Notes: a model not told the origin generated them from the sequence alone. Shown: positions 19,001 to 28,494, counted from the first letter of the stretch. The stretch is 64,000 bases of DNA from an uncultured Spirochaetota bacterium (GCA_963845535.1 CAWJSK010000013.1:247591-311590), one strand, 5' to 3'. Numbers and translations: made by a program.

Positions 19001-20706
19001 AGGACCTGCTTCGGATTGCGCGGCTTGCGCTGCCGCTGTGGCGCTGGGTGGTCCTGGGGATCATCCTCTCGCTGGCAACGACTCTCGCCCACATCGGGCT
19101 TCTTGCTTTGTCGAGCTGGTTCATCGCCTCCATGGCGGTCGCCGGAACCCTCGGCATGGTCATGAACTATTCGACCCCCTCCGCGGGCGTGCGCGCCCTG
19201 GCCATCGGGCGCGCCGGAGGGCGCTACGCGGAGCGGCTGGTCAACCATGACGCCACGTTTCGGATCCTGGCAACCCTGAGGGTCTGGCTTTTCAATCGTT
19301 TGGAGCCGCTTGCTCCTGCCGCCCTGCAGCCTCACAGGAGCGGTGACCTGCTGAGCAGGATTCGGGCGGACATCGACATGCTGGATGATTTCTACGTGCG
19401 GGGCGTCGTACCTTCCGTTGTCGCCGTTCTCTCTGCCGCCTGCCTCCTGCCTTTCCTCCTGCATTTTGACGCGCGCCTGGCTTGGGTGGACCTTGCCGGG
19501 CTTGCATGCGCGGGAGTCTTCCTGCCGCTCCTGGCGGGAACGCGCGCGGAAATGCCGGGACGCGAGCGCGTGGCGTGGGCGGCCGTTCTCCGAGCAGGAG
19601 TCGTAGAGCAGGTCCAGGGCATGGCCGAGCTGGAAGCCCTGGGCGCGCTCGAGTTTGCCTCCTCGCGCGTTGAGGCGGCTTCCCGTGAGATGGATCAGCG
19701 GCAGCGCCGGCTCGCCTCGCTGCAAGGGATCGCGGAAGCGCAGATGGTTGGCATAAGCCTGGCCACGGTCTGGGCCTCCGCGCTCATCCTGGCTTCACTC
19801 GTAGCAGATGGAAAGCTGCCGGGGCCGGACATGGCGATGCTCACCGTGGTTGTGCTCGCGAGCTTCGAGACGGTCATGCCGCTTCCCGGCGTGATTCAGC
19901 GCTTCGGGGAAATGGCTGCGGCCGCCCATCGGCTTTTCCAGATCAGCGCCGCGCAACCCGGAGGGGCGCGGTGGGATGAAAAGCCGCGCATCACGGATGC
20001 GGCGCGGAGGGAAGGACACGGCGTTGAGACTCAGGAGTCCGTGGGCCTGGTCATTCGTGACCTGCGCTTCCGCTACGCGCCCGGGCTTCCCTGGGTCATC
20101 CGAGGGCTTTCCTTCGACGCTCCGGCCGGAAGCCGCGTGGGCATTTCAGGCCCCACCGGTGCGGGGAAAAGCACGCTGGTCAGCGTGCTCCTGCGGTTCT
20201 GGGAATACGAAGGCGGCACCATACACGTGGTAAGAAACGGGCAGGCCGTGGATCTGCGCTCTTTTGGCGCGGAAGAATCCCGCGGGTTTTTCTCCGTTGT
20301 CCCCCAGTCGCCGCACCTTTTTCATTCCTCGATCAGGGACAACCTGTTGATTGCGAAGGAGACCGCCTCGGAGGAAGATCTGTGGTCCGCGTTGAAGGAC
20401 GCATCACTTTCCGACTTTGTGGCCTCCCTTCCTGACGGGCTGGACGCGATAATCGGCGAGACGGGCCGGGAGATTTCGGCGGGAGAAGGGCAGCGTCTTG
20501 CCGTGGCACGGGCGCTTCTTCGGGAGGCGCCCGTCTCCATCCTCGATGAGCCGACCGAAGGGCTGGACGATCGGACCGCCGAGGGGCTCCTCGACTCCCT
20601 GGACCGAAGGCTTCGAGGCCGGACCGTCCTCATCATAAGCCATCGTCCGCGGGACCACCGCCTGGCCACAACCGTCCTTCCCATGGCTCTGCCGGGTGAT
20701 ATTTAA
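18997..20706 (+). CDS. cydC: ABC exporter CydC
   Basis: 'RYAERLVNHDATFR', Walker A 'GPTGAGKS'. Confidence 0.9.
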   Translation: MKDLLRIARLALPLWRWVVLGIILSLATTLAHIGLLALSSWFIASMAVAGTLGMVMNYSTPSAGVRALAIGRAGGRYAERLVNHDATFRILATLRVWLFNRLEPLAPAALQPHRSGDLLSRIRADIDMLDDFYVRGVVPSVVAVLSAACLLPFLLHFDARLAWVDLAGLACAGVFLPLLAGTRAEMPGRERVAWAAVLRAGVVEQVQGMAELEALGALEFASSRVEAASREMDQRQRRLASLQGIAEAQMVGISLATVWASALILASLVADGKLPGPDMAMLTVVVLASFETVMPLPGVIQRFGEMAAAAHRLFQISAAQPGGARWDEKPRITDAARREGHGVETQESVGLVIRDLRFRYAPGLPWVIRGLSFDAPAGSRVGISGPTGAGKSTLVSVLLRFWEYEGGTIHVVRNGQAVDLRSFGAEESRGFFSVVPQSPHLFHSSIRDNLLIAKETASEEDLWSALKDASLSDFVASLPDGLDAIIGETGREISAGEGQRLAVARALLREAPVSILDEPTEGLDDRTAEGLLDSLDRRLRGRTVLIISHRPRDHRLATTVLPMALPGDI

Positions 20707-20778
20707 GAAGATTTAACCGGCCCATAACGCGCCCTCAATCTCCACTCTCTATTGTTCTGCATGGAGGTAACGAGAATC

Positions 20779-22287
20779 ATGAAATTGAAGGTGACATACC
20801 TGACGGTGCTGGCGGCAGCGGTGGTGGCCGTGGGGGCGTTGTTCCTGTTTGTTCCAATCTCTGGTTTCACGCAGGTCCGCAGCGGCTCATCCATCACGAG
20901 CGGACAGACCGTACAAACGGGCTCTGATTCGATACAGGTCCCGGGCGGTCTCGATTCGCTGCAGAGCTCGTTCCGGGCGGTGGCCAAGAAGATCCTGCCT
21001 TCCGTCGTGGAGATCAACGTGACGCAGCTCATCACGCAGCAGGCGCCGCAGCTCGACCTTCCGTTCAATTTCCCTTTTCCGTTCCTTGATCAGCAGGGCA
21101 ACGGCGGAAAGCAGACTTTCCGACAGTCCGCTCTGGGTTCGGGAATCATTGTCCAGCGCTCCGGGGACCGCTACTACGTGCTGACGAACAACCACGTGGT
21201 CAAGGACGCCAACGACATCAGCGTGCGCCTCTATGACCAGAGGGTCTTCAAGGCCAAGGTGGTCGGCACCGACCCGCGCAAGGATATCGCCCTGGTCTCT
21301 TTCACGAGCCGGGAGCCCCTGCAGACGGCTGAGCTCGGCAACTCCAACACGCTCCAGGTCGGGGACATTGTTCTGGCGGTAGGCAACCCGCTGGGATTTG
21401 AATCGACGGTCACCATGGGCATCGTGAGCGCCTTGGGAAGGCACGGACCCTCGGGTGACGTGGCAACATACACGGATTACATCCAGACGGACGCCGCAAT
21501 CAACCAGGGCAACTCCGGCGGGGCCCTTGTCAACATCAAGGGGCAGGTGGTCGGGATCAATACCTGGATCGCGGCGCCTTCGGGCGGAAACGTCGGGCTC
21601 GGTTTTGCAATTCCCATTGACAACGCGGCCCCGGCAATCAGCCAGTTCATCCAAAAAGGGCACGTGGAGTATGGCTGGCTCGGCGCGCAGATCGCGGACA
21701 TCAACGGCAGCTCCACGTATCCCGGTTTCGCCTCTGACCTCAAGGTCCAGGGGCTGGATGGCGCGTTGATGCTCAACATCTACAAGGCCTCACCGGCCGC
21801 GAAGGCGGGGCTGGAGCCCGGGGACTACATAACGAAGGTGGACGGGGCCATGGTCCGCAGCGCAGACGATCTGACGCAGAAGGTGGGAAGCTTCGAGCCT
21901 GGCAAGACCTATACCTTTGCCGTCATCCGCGCCGGACAGACCGTCAGTGTGCCGGTGAGAATCGGCGTGCGGGATGACAAGGACCAGGTGGCGCAGGCGA
22001 AGAACCTCTGGCCGGGAATGACGGTTGTCGACATTGATGACCAGATTCGTCAGCAGGTCAGCATCCCCGCGTCCCTCCACGGCGTCGTGGTTGGCTATCT
22101 GCCGGAGCAGGACACGCCGGCCTCCATCGCGGGTTTCCGTCCCGGGGACGTCATCACCAACATCGACGGCCGGGCCGTGCAAAACATGATGGACTACTAC
22201 AAGGCGCTCGACGGCGCTCGCGGCAGCCAGGTCACCTTCCACATCATCAGGGAAGGGACCGATGTCAGCATCGGCCTTGAACATTAG
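20779..22287 (+). CDS. htrA: HtrA/DegP serine protease with two PDZ domains
   Basis: 'LTNNHV', 'DIAL', 'IQTDAAINQGNSGG'. Confidence 0.92.
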   Translation: MKLKVTYLTVLAAAVVAVGALFLFVPISGFTQVRSGSSITSGQTVQTGSDSIQVPGGLDSLQSSFRAVAKKILPSVVEINVTQLITQQAPQLDLPFNFPFPFLDQQGNGGKQTFRQSALGSGIIVQRSGDRYYVLTNNHVVKDANDISVRLYDQRVFKAKVVGTDPRKDIALVSFTSREPLQTAELGNSNTLQVGDIVLAVGNPLGFESTVTMGIVSALGRHGPSGDVATYTDYIQTDAAINQGNSGGALVNIKGQVVGINTWIAAPSGGNVGLGFAIPIDNAAPAISQFIQKGHVEYGWLGAQIADINGSSTYPGFASDLKVQGLDGALMLNIYKASPAAKAGLEPGDYITKVDGAMVRSADDLTQKVGSFEPGKTYTFAVIRAGQTVSVPVRIGVRDDKDQVAQAKNLWPGMTVVDIDDQIRQQVSIPASLHGVVVGYLPEQDTPASIAGFRPGDVITNIDGRAVQNMMDYYKALDGARGSQVTFHIIREGTDVSIGLEH

Positions 22288-22297
22288 ACAAAGGAAA

Positions 22298-22325
22298 AGG
22301 ACCCGTCGCCTGCGCGACGGGTCCT
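22298..22325. terminator. Stem-loop between convergent genes
   Basis: 12-bp perfect stem aggacccgtcgc/gcgacgggtcct with an A-rich 5' flank. Confidence 0.65.
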
Positions 22326-22423
22326 GATGTCTTCCTCAAGGCGGAACAATGACTTTCTGCGCGGCCTCACAACGGCGTACCGTGTGAGGCCGCGGCTGCA
22401 ATGGAGCTCAGGCTCCGAGAGCC

Positions 22424-22738
22424 CTACATCCTGGAGACCGAAGCCGCGATGATTCGGCCGTTCGAGCTTACGTCGAACTGTTCGACGATGTTGACTTGCT
22501 CGCTATGGGTGAACTTCTCGGGCACGACGTATCGGATGGTCTGACCGCCGCCGTCAGTGCCGAAAGTAAAATCCGGCGTGCCCATGTCCTTGATGAGCTG
22601 GTCCTTGTCATGACCAACCCACTTCTGGGGCGTGGCGGGCGCATTGTATGCGAGCTCCAGAGGAGCGGCGCCAAGCATCCCCGCTGATGCAAGCACGAGA
22701 GCAACGATTATCGCTGATGCAAGAACAGATCGCTTCAT
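22424..22738 (-). CDS. Small secreted hypothetical protein
   Basis: Signal peptide, GGAGG SD. Confidence 0.6.
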   Translation of the reverse strand: MKRSVLASAIIVALVLASAGMLGAAPLELAYNAPATPQKWVGHDKDQLIKDMGTPDFTFGTDGGGQTIRYVVPEKFTHSEQVNIVEQFDVSSNGRIIAASVSRM

Positions 22739-22828
22739 GGTGTAAAGACCTCCATTCGTTGTTAGCGTCAGTCCGCCTCTTGCAAAGACCGTTGACTCAT
22801 TGTACGCGCCGCCGCTTATCCTCCGTTG

Positions 22829-23510
22829 CTAGGGAACAACAACTGGTACTGCAATTGATGTCGCCGTCGCATAAGTAGCGTTTCCCGCGTATTCCGCCGT
22901 TATGTCATACGAACCTGCATTGAGCGGTAATGTGGTACATTGAGCGACTCCATTCCCAGCTAGCACTGCAGATCCAATTAGTTTTAGGTTATTGGCTAAG
23001 AAGAAAACTTCCCCTGTTGGCGTTCCGGAGTTACCCGTGACGGTTGCGGAAATCGATAGTTCTTGACCAGCCTGAACTGCTGTAGAGTCTATCGCAACAT
23101 TAGCAATAGTTACTCCGTAACTACCGGAAGATGGCCAGGTGATCCCCCAAACCGTCGCAGACAGAGAACTGCTGCCAGCCGGGTTTTTCGCTTGCACTTC
23201 GTAGTAGCAGGCGGTGCCCCCGGTGAGCCCCGTGTCAGTGTAACTGGTGTTGGCTCCATCGTAGACCGGAGTGCCGCTAAACGGCCCGCTTGCGCTGGTG
23301 GCCCCATAGAGCTGGTAGCTGGTGGCCCCGCTGGAAGCGGTCCAGCTCACACTGATCGTGGTGGGTCGTTGAGGAGCCCACCGCTAGACCGGACGGCGTT
23401 GCCGGCCCCGTCTCCGTAGGAGGAGGAGTTGAACCGCCGGGACTGGAACATCCGAGGACTATCGTAACAAATAGCAGGCAGAGGGACGCCAGACGCCGAC
23501 GCTTTTTCAT
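22829..23510 (-). pseudogene. Lipoprotein with FN3 and bacterial Ig-like domains, frameshifted at ~23363-23365
   Basis: 'IVLGC' lipobox ORF (23277-23510) continues in another frame as 'TTISVSWTASSGATSY..YYEVQAKN'; may be a sequencing error. Confidence 0.7.
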
Positions 23511-23677
23511 GCTACACCCCCATAATATTCTGGACAGGATTATTTTTGCACCATATCACGTGTCATTATGGTTGCAACCAAAAATAATGGACAATCGCTC
23601 GCGCTGGGGATAAACTCCAGGAAAAGAACAGGGGAAACATTACCGCTTGCCGTGTACGCCGGTACAAAGCGTGAGGA

Positions 23678-24853
23678 ATGAAGAGTAGGATGCAGAAGCG
23701 CCTTTTGTATGCAGTTCTCATAGCAATTGTCATCGTCTCTTTTTTCGCTTGCAGCCTATTCTCTATGAGCGCCTTCCCCGCCTTCGGTTCGTCAAACAGG
23801 ACAGCGTCGGGGACTCCCTTCTACGTGACAAACGAAGGGGTCACTGGCCCGGGCGGCCTATCCGCGTACAGCATGGGCTCCGATGGCACCATCACTGCCG
23901 CCGGCACCTTCAATACTGGAGGTGGGCCGAGCGGGATCGCGATCAGCCCCAACGGCAGCTACCTGTACGTGACGAACTTCAGTGGTTCACCCGGCGTCTC
24001 CGCCTACACCATCGGGTCCGGCGGAGCGCTCACGGCCATCACGACCGGCACATTCGCCGCCGGATCAAACCCGAATGGGATCGCGATCAGCCCCAACGGC
24101 AACTACCTCTATACGACAAACTCAGGCAGTGGCAGCGGTGGTTCAGACAGCATATCCGGGTACAGCATCGGCTCCGGCGGCTCCCTCTCCCCCATCACCT
24201 TAAGCGCCGCAGGCTTCATTGCCGGCGTTGAGCCGTGGGGGATCGCGATCAGCCCAAACGGTAACTACCTTTACGTGACAAACGTCAGCAGCACTGGCGC
24301 AAGCGGCTTATCACCGTACACCATTAACCCCGACGGCACCCTCGCGGCCATCACTACCGGCACATTTGCCACCGGATCAGGGCCAAAAGGGATTGCGATC
24401 AGCCCCAACGGCAACTACCTGTACGTGACAAACGACGGTGGCAGCATATCCGCCTACACGATCACGTCCGGCAGCGGTGCCCTGGCCTCCAACGGCACTT
24501 TCACCACCGTAACAAACCCGCAGGGCGGGATCGCGATCAGCCCGAACGGCAACTACCTCTACGTGACAAACGTCAGCAGCAGCGGCACAAACGGCCTGTC
24601 CGCCTACGCCATTAACTCCGGCGGCTCCCTCAGCCTGAGCTCCTCAGGCTACACCACCGGGGCAACGCCGTTCGGAATAGCGATCAGCCCTGACGGCAAC
24701 TACCTCTACGTGACAAACATCGGCAGCGCCACTGGTGCAAGCGGCATCTCCGCCTTCCGCATCAACTCCGATGGCACCCTCTCCCCAATCACCTTAACCA
24801 CCTCCGGCTCCACCACCGGAAAATACCCTGCCGGGATAGCAATCATGCCGTAA
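23678..24853 (+). CDS. Seven-bladed beta-propeller lipoprotein (lactonase/YncE-like)
   Basis: 'FFAC' lipobox; repeated 'GIAISPNGNYLYVTN' blades. Confidence 0.8.
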   Translation: MKSRMQKRLLYAVLIAIVIVSFFACSLFSMSAFPAFGSSNRTASGTPFYVTNEGVTGPGGLSAYSMGSDGTITAAGTFNTGGGPSGIAISPNGSYLYVTNFSGSPGVSAYTIGSGGALTAITTGTFAAGSNPNGIAISPNGNYLYTTNSGSGSGGSDSISGYSIGSGGSLSPITLSAAGFIAGVEPWGIAISPNGNYLYVTNVSSTGASGLSPYTINPDGTLAAITTGTFATGSGPKGIAISPNGNYLYVTNDGGSISAYTITSGSGALASNGTFTTVTNPQGGIAISPNGNYLYVTNVSSSGTNGLSAYAINSGGSLSLSSSGYTTGATPFGIAISPDGNYLYVTNIGSATGASGISAFRINSDGTLSPITLTTSGSTTGKYPAGIAIMP

Positions 24854-24946
24854 AGGGAAGGGAACTTACATGCGGGCGCTCTCAAGCTCTGGATAGGGAG
24901 AGCGAACTCAAAATCTCAGAGAAGTGGCAACATTCATCTGGAAACA

Positions 24947-24991
24947 ATGGGCAATGCGCGATTCGAACGCGCGGCCTATGGCTCCGGAGGC
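24947..24991. repeat. att core copy: duplicated 3' half of tRNA-Arg(CCG)
   Basis: 45-bp exact match to 38379-38423 (atgggcaatg...ctccggaggc). Confidence 0.95.
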
Positions 24992-25119
24992 GAGACTTGC
25001 ATTTTTGCTCGTCCCGCTCACTTTCGCTTGCCCTCGCTCATGTTGAAGCTCCATAAGTAGTTGCGCTCTCAGGGTTCGCTTGCTTCGACTCAGCTCAGGC
25101 ACGCTTTTTCCGCGCCGGT

Positions 25120-25193
25120 GGTCCTGCAAGTGGTCCCAAAAAGCGAGGGTACACCTATAGCCCGTGCGCCATAGGCCGGGGTCGCAAGTGGTC
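25120..25193. promoter_or_regulatory. Candidate integrase arm-type binding sites
   Basis: ggtcctgcaagtggtc (25120-25135) and gcaagtggtc (25184-25193); 13/16 match to ggtcctacatttggtc (38291-38306) at the other end. Confidence 0.5.
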
Positions 25194-25308
25194 TTAGGAC
25201 CAAGAAGCCAGAGGACCTATGGCCCGAGCACTATGGGCCAGCGTTGCGCTTGGTGTTTTACTCCTATGCATGGTATGATAGGCCAGCGCAAGAAAAGTGG
25301 AGGATAAA

Positions 25309-25815
25309 ATGACCTACGACGAGTTGCTTGAAACCTGGAAGCGCTACGACACTGAGTGGAAGGCATATCAGGATTCCGTCTTTCAGGTGATCGATTTATT
25401 CATGCAAGCATGGAGAAAGCACTTGGCGGCACCAGCTCGACCAGTCTTCAGACTGATTCCTACCGATTTCGATAGGCAAGCTCCAGAGGGCCTCCAACCG
25501 TTGCCTTTGGTGGTTTCTTTCGATAGCCAGGGAATTGCATTGGTCACACTCGAAGTCACCATAAGCGAAGGAACTCCCAGGGCTTCTCAGCTGTGTTTCT
25601 TTCTCGATATGAGCATTTTCAGAACGAAGAGCGAATGGCATTGGAAGGCATTTGAAAAAGCGGAGACGAAGGTTCTTACCGATCGGCCCACCCCGGAGGA
25701 ATTGGACGATTTGTGTTCCTACATAACGGCAGCGATGAGCAAAGATTTCGAGGGACACGCCGAGGATTCGATTGGAAAAGTCCCGGAGAATACCATTGGA
25801 TTTCGCGTAGGGTGA
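25309..25815 (+). CDS. Hypothetical cargo protein
   Basis: GGAGG SD, upstream TGGTATGAT extended -10, low GC. Confidence 0.65.
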   Translation: MTYDELLETWKRYDTEWKAYQDSVFQVIDLFMQAWRKHLAAPARPVFRLIPTDFDRQAPEGLQPLPLVVSFDSQGIALVTLEVTISEGTPRASQLCFFLDMSIFRTKSEWHWKAFEKAETKVLTDRPTPEELDDLCSYITAAMSKDFEGHAEDSIGKVPENTIGFRVG

Positions 25816-26348
25816 TGATCCCAACTTCCGTGACGAACGCTCACCCAGTGTTTCAACTTCTACCGATCACTTGGCAGACGTTTTCGACGATAGGCACCTT
25901 TATGGCGGTTATCGTTGCGATCGCGCTTCCTGCTTGGAGAGATAGGAAGCGGCTGAAACTTAAGCTCTCTATTGCAAACTTGATTCGTCCGGAGGGCGCC
26001 CTGACCGATTACCTCCACTCGTCCACTGACCCCAACGAACCCTCAATAAGAGGTTCCGGCCTTCAGTGCTTTCTTTTGCTCGATGCCACAAACACCGGAC
26101 GAACCAAAATGACGGTGCGGTCTTGGGAAGCAAGGAAAAAGGGGGACAGAAAAGGGCGAATGAAGATAGAGTCCGCCGGGAGAGAGCCTCCGCCATACGG
26201 ATTAGACTCACACCAAAGTATCCAGCTTATCAGCGGGTATTTGCCGGAAATGCTTTCAGGTATCATTGACATGTGGATTGTTGACTCGACGGGCAGGAAG
26301 TGGAGAGTCCCGGGCCGAGAGCTGCGGAGAATGAGGGGCTACAAGTAG
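25815..26348 (+). CDS. Hypothetical protein with N-terminal TM helix
   Basis: TGATG coupling to the upstream gene; TM 'IGTFMAVIVAIALPAW'. Confidence 0.6.
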   Translation: MIPTSVTNAHPVFQLLPITWQTFSTIGTFMAVIVAIALPAWRDRKRLKLKLSIANLIRPEGALTDYLHSSTDPNEPSIRGSGLQCFLLLDATNTGRTKMTVRSWEARKKGDRKGRMKIESAGREPPPYGLDSHQSIQLISGYLPEMLSGIIDMWIVDSTGRKWRVPGRELRRMRGYK

Positions 26349-26349
26349 C

Positions 26350-26880
26350 CCGCTCCTGGGATACGGCAAGCCCCCCGAAAGTCTCGCCTTGTCCCGCCAC
26401 GGAGGTGCTCTTTTCGCGTTGTACAAAAAAACCCGGGTTACTCTCGGCAGCGCTTTACCGATGAGTGCCCGGGAAGTTCTTGCCGGCGGAAAGAGAGACG
26501 CATCGTTGCCCCCTTGCCGTGGTCCGGCGTCTCCCGCAGGGCGAGGACTTTTCTACGTGCTTGCGGCTGTCCCGTAGTGGCGAGACTGCGGACGCGGGAT
26601 GCCGTTCTCCCGCACGTCCCCCGTGAGTCGCCTCCTGCATGGCGTCGATTCCCGGGGGCCGGACGGCTGTCAAAAATCAATTGTCACTTTTGAAGTGACA
26701 TTTGGTCCGCCTGCCGCTCGGTCTGCCCGGCAACGCGGACGGAAGAAAGCCGGGTTACTTGCGGTGATCGGCCGCGAAGTGCCCGGGGAGTCCTTGCCCG
26801 GTGGAAACAGAGACGGTGACCCTTGGTTGTCAGGGGTATTCTTGGTCCGGCCGTCTCCCGCAGGGCAAGGTTACTCTCGA
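26350..26880 (+). ncRNA. Candidate large structured non-coding RNA (or folded ssDNA) with a duplicated ~125-nt motif
   Basis: Copies at 26425-26546 and 26743-26870 with compensatory stem changes; wobble pairs are U-G on the + strand. Confidence 0.55.
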
Positions 26881-26883
26881 CGG

Positions 26884-27780
26884 CTACCCTCTCGGGTGGA
26901 AGCGCCCATGTAGCTTTTTCAATCTCTGGGGGTCAACATGGGTGTAAATTGCCGTCGTCTCGATGTTCTCATGACCAAGTAGCTCTTGAATCACTCGGAG
27001 GTCTGCCCCTCCCTGTAACAGATGCGTGGCAAAGGAATGCCGCAGGGTTTGCGGGTGTGCGTCCGGAATCCCCGCGCGGATGCAAAGGGTACGGAATGCC
27101 TTCCAGAGCTGCGGACGAGACAGCTTCCTGCCCCGGCGGCTGATGAATAGCGCGTCCGTTGTCGAGCCCTTGAGAAGCTCCGACCTTGCGTCCGTGAGAT
27201 AGTTCTCCAAAGCAACGCGCGCCCTCTCGCCGAGCGGGACGATGCGCTCCTTGTCGCCTTTCCCTACAACTCGCACGTAGGTTTTGCCGAGATCGAGGGT
27301 CCGCATGGTGAGCCCGATTGCCTCACTTTCGCGCAGGCCGCAGCTATACATAGTCTCAAAGAGCGCCCGGTCCCTGACGCCTACCGCGTCGGTCCGGCAG
27401 GAATCGAGCAAATGCTCAACCTGGCCCACGGACAAGACCCTGGGCAGCCGCTTTATCATGCGTGGCACTTGAAGTCCTCGGGCTGGATTCTCTGGAATGA
27501 CCCCCTCTATCACCAGGAAGCCCAGGAACGAGCGCAGCGCGGTTGCCACCTTCGCCACCGTGCGCGCCTGGGCTCCCGCTATCTGTCCGCTCACAAGAAA
27601 TGCTGTAACGTCCGACAGGTCCGCGTCCGAGACGGTTTTCCCTTCCAGTCTCAGGTGCGCGACAAACGAACGTGAAGCGGCAAGGTAAGTCTCAATGGTG
27701 CCCGGTGCAAGCGCGAGCTGCGCCAGGAGATAGTCCGCGAAGCCGAATAGCTCGTCGCGCTCCGGAAGTTTCTCCGTCAT
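26884..27780 (-). CDS. XerD-like tyrosine recombinase (element-borne)
   Basis: 'RDRALFETMYSCGLRESE', 'GKGDKER', 'QTLRHSFATHLL..GADLRVIQELLGH..TTAIYT'. Confidence 0.92.
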   Translation of the reverse strand: MTEKLPERDELFGFADYLLAQLALAPGTIETYLAASRSFVAHLRLEGKTVSDADLSDVTAFLVSGQIAGAQARTVAKVATALRSFLGFLVIEGVIPENPARGLQVPRMIKRLPRVLSVGQVEHLLDSCRTDAVGVRDRALFETMYSCGLRESEAIGLTMRTLDLGKTYVRVVGKGDKERIVPLGERARVALENYLTDARSELLKGSTTDALFISRRGRKLSRPQLWKAFRTLCIRAGIPDAHPQTLRHSFATHLLQGGADLRVIQELLGHENIETTAIYTHVDPQRLKKLHGRFHPRG

Positions 27781-28091
27781 GGTGTGCGCTTTCCCTTCCT
27801 GGGACTCGGCAAGCCGAGGGCTTTCTCAACGGCCGCAAGGCGAGTACCAAAGCCCCCTACCATCTGTGCCAGGAGATCGACGCGGGCGGCTTGGTCGCGG
27901 ATTTCCTTGTCGATCCCGCTTCGGCGCGCCAGCACGGCCCCCATGTTCTCGATAACCTCGAGCTTCATGGTCTTGACTTCGTGAATGAGCATGTAGCGAA
28001 ACTGCGCAATGAGGGCAACTACTTCTTCCTCGTTCAAGACGCGGGGGGGGTCGGGTCCGGGCGCCTCGGCGGGTGCGTCTTTCTCACTCAT
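27777..28091 (-). CDS. Hypothetical coiled-coil protein
   Basis: ATGA overlaps with both neighbours. Confidence 0.55.
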   Translation of the reverse strand: MSEKDAPAEAPGPDPPRVLNEEEVVALIAQFRYMLIHEVKTMKLEVIENMGAVLARRSGIDKEIRDQAARVDLLAQMVGGFGTRLAAVEKALGLPSPRKGKRTP

Positions 28092-28309
28092 ACCCTCGGC
28101 TCCGGGACCGTGGCGCCGCAATGACAGACAATCGGGCGCTCCCCATCGTCGAACGTACTCCCACCGCACGCCAGGCAAGGCACCAAGCGGATAGTCTCGC
28201 GTTCCTTGCCCTTCTGTTTCCCGTTCAGGGGTAGCCGCATCTGTTCGCAATCGTCCCGGTACTCCGCCGGGGTCATCCTGACAAACCCGAAAAGTGTTTG
28301 ATCGCTCAT
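28088..28309 (-). CDS. Small Zn-ribbon protein
   Basis: 'CLACG..CHCG'; translationally coupled. Confidence 0.55.
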   Translation of the reverse strand: MSDQTLFGFVRMTPAEYRDDCEQMRLPLNGKQKGKERETIRLVPCLACGGSTFDDGERPIVCHCGATVPEPRV

Positions 28310-28494
28310 ACCAGCCCCCTGCGCTCAATGGTCTGCCGTACGCCCTCCGCTACAAAGAGTATTTCCGTGCACTCCTCCGCGCTCTCCGAGTGATTGCGCA
28401 CATCGTCATAGGTGAGGCGGTGCAAGAGTAGGCTAAGAATGCGCGCCTCGCGTTCGGATAGAGCGATGGTCACTTTTCTCCGTTTCTCGCTCAT
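28306..28494 (-). CDS. Hypothetical phage-type small protein
   Basis: AGGAGG SD, ATGA overlaps. Confidence 0.55.
   Translation of the reverse strand: MSEKRRKVTIALSEREARILSLLLHRLTYDDVRNHSESAEECTEILFVAEGVRQTIERRGLV

Noticed and set aside
23930..24720. DNA repeat array or DGR template
   Set aside because: Repeats are in-frame beta-propeller blades; no reverse transcriptase in the window.
24947..24991. Second tRNA-Arg gene
   Set aside because: Only the 3' 45 nt are present, with no D-arm or 5' acceptor strand; it is an att copy.
26425..26473. Repeats being merely minus-strand terminators of the XerD operon
   Set aside because: Hairpin A plus the A7 run may terminate transcription, but that does not explain hairpin B, the duplication or the + strand G-U bias.
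26501..26520. Variable loop of repeat copy 1 as an antisense guide to the LmbU-like gene RBS (29079-29099)
   Set aside because: Similarity is partial and driven by a C-run; not distinguishable from chance by eye.
26425..26870. CRISPR array, integron attC cassettes, or hammerhead/HDV ribozyme
   Set aside because: Only two long degenerate copies and no cas genes; no RYYYAAC/GTTRRRY boxes; no CUGAUGA/GAAA core, and an HDV pseudoknot could not be built consistently in both copies.
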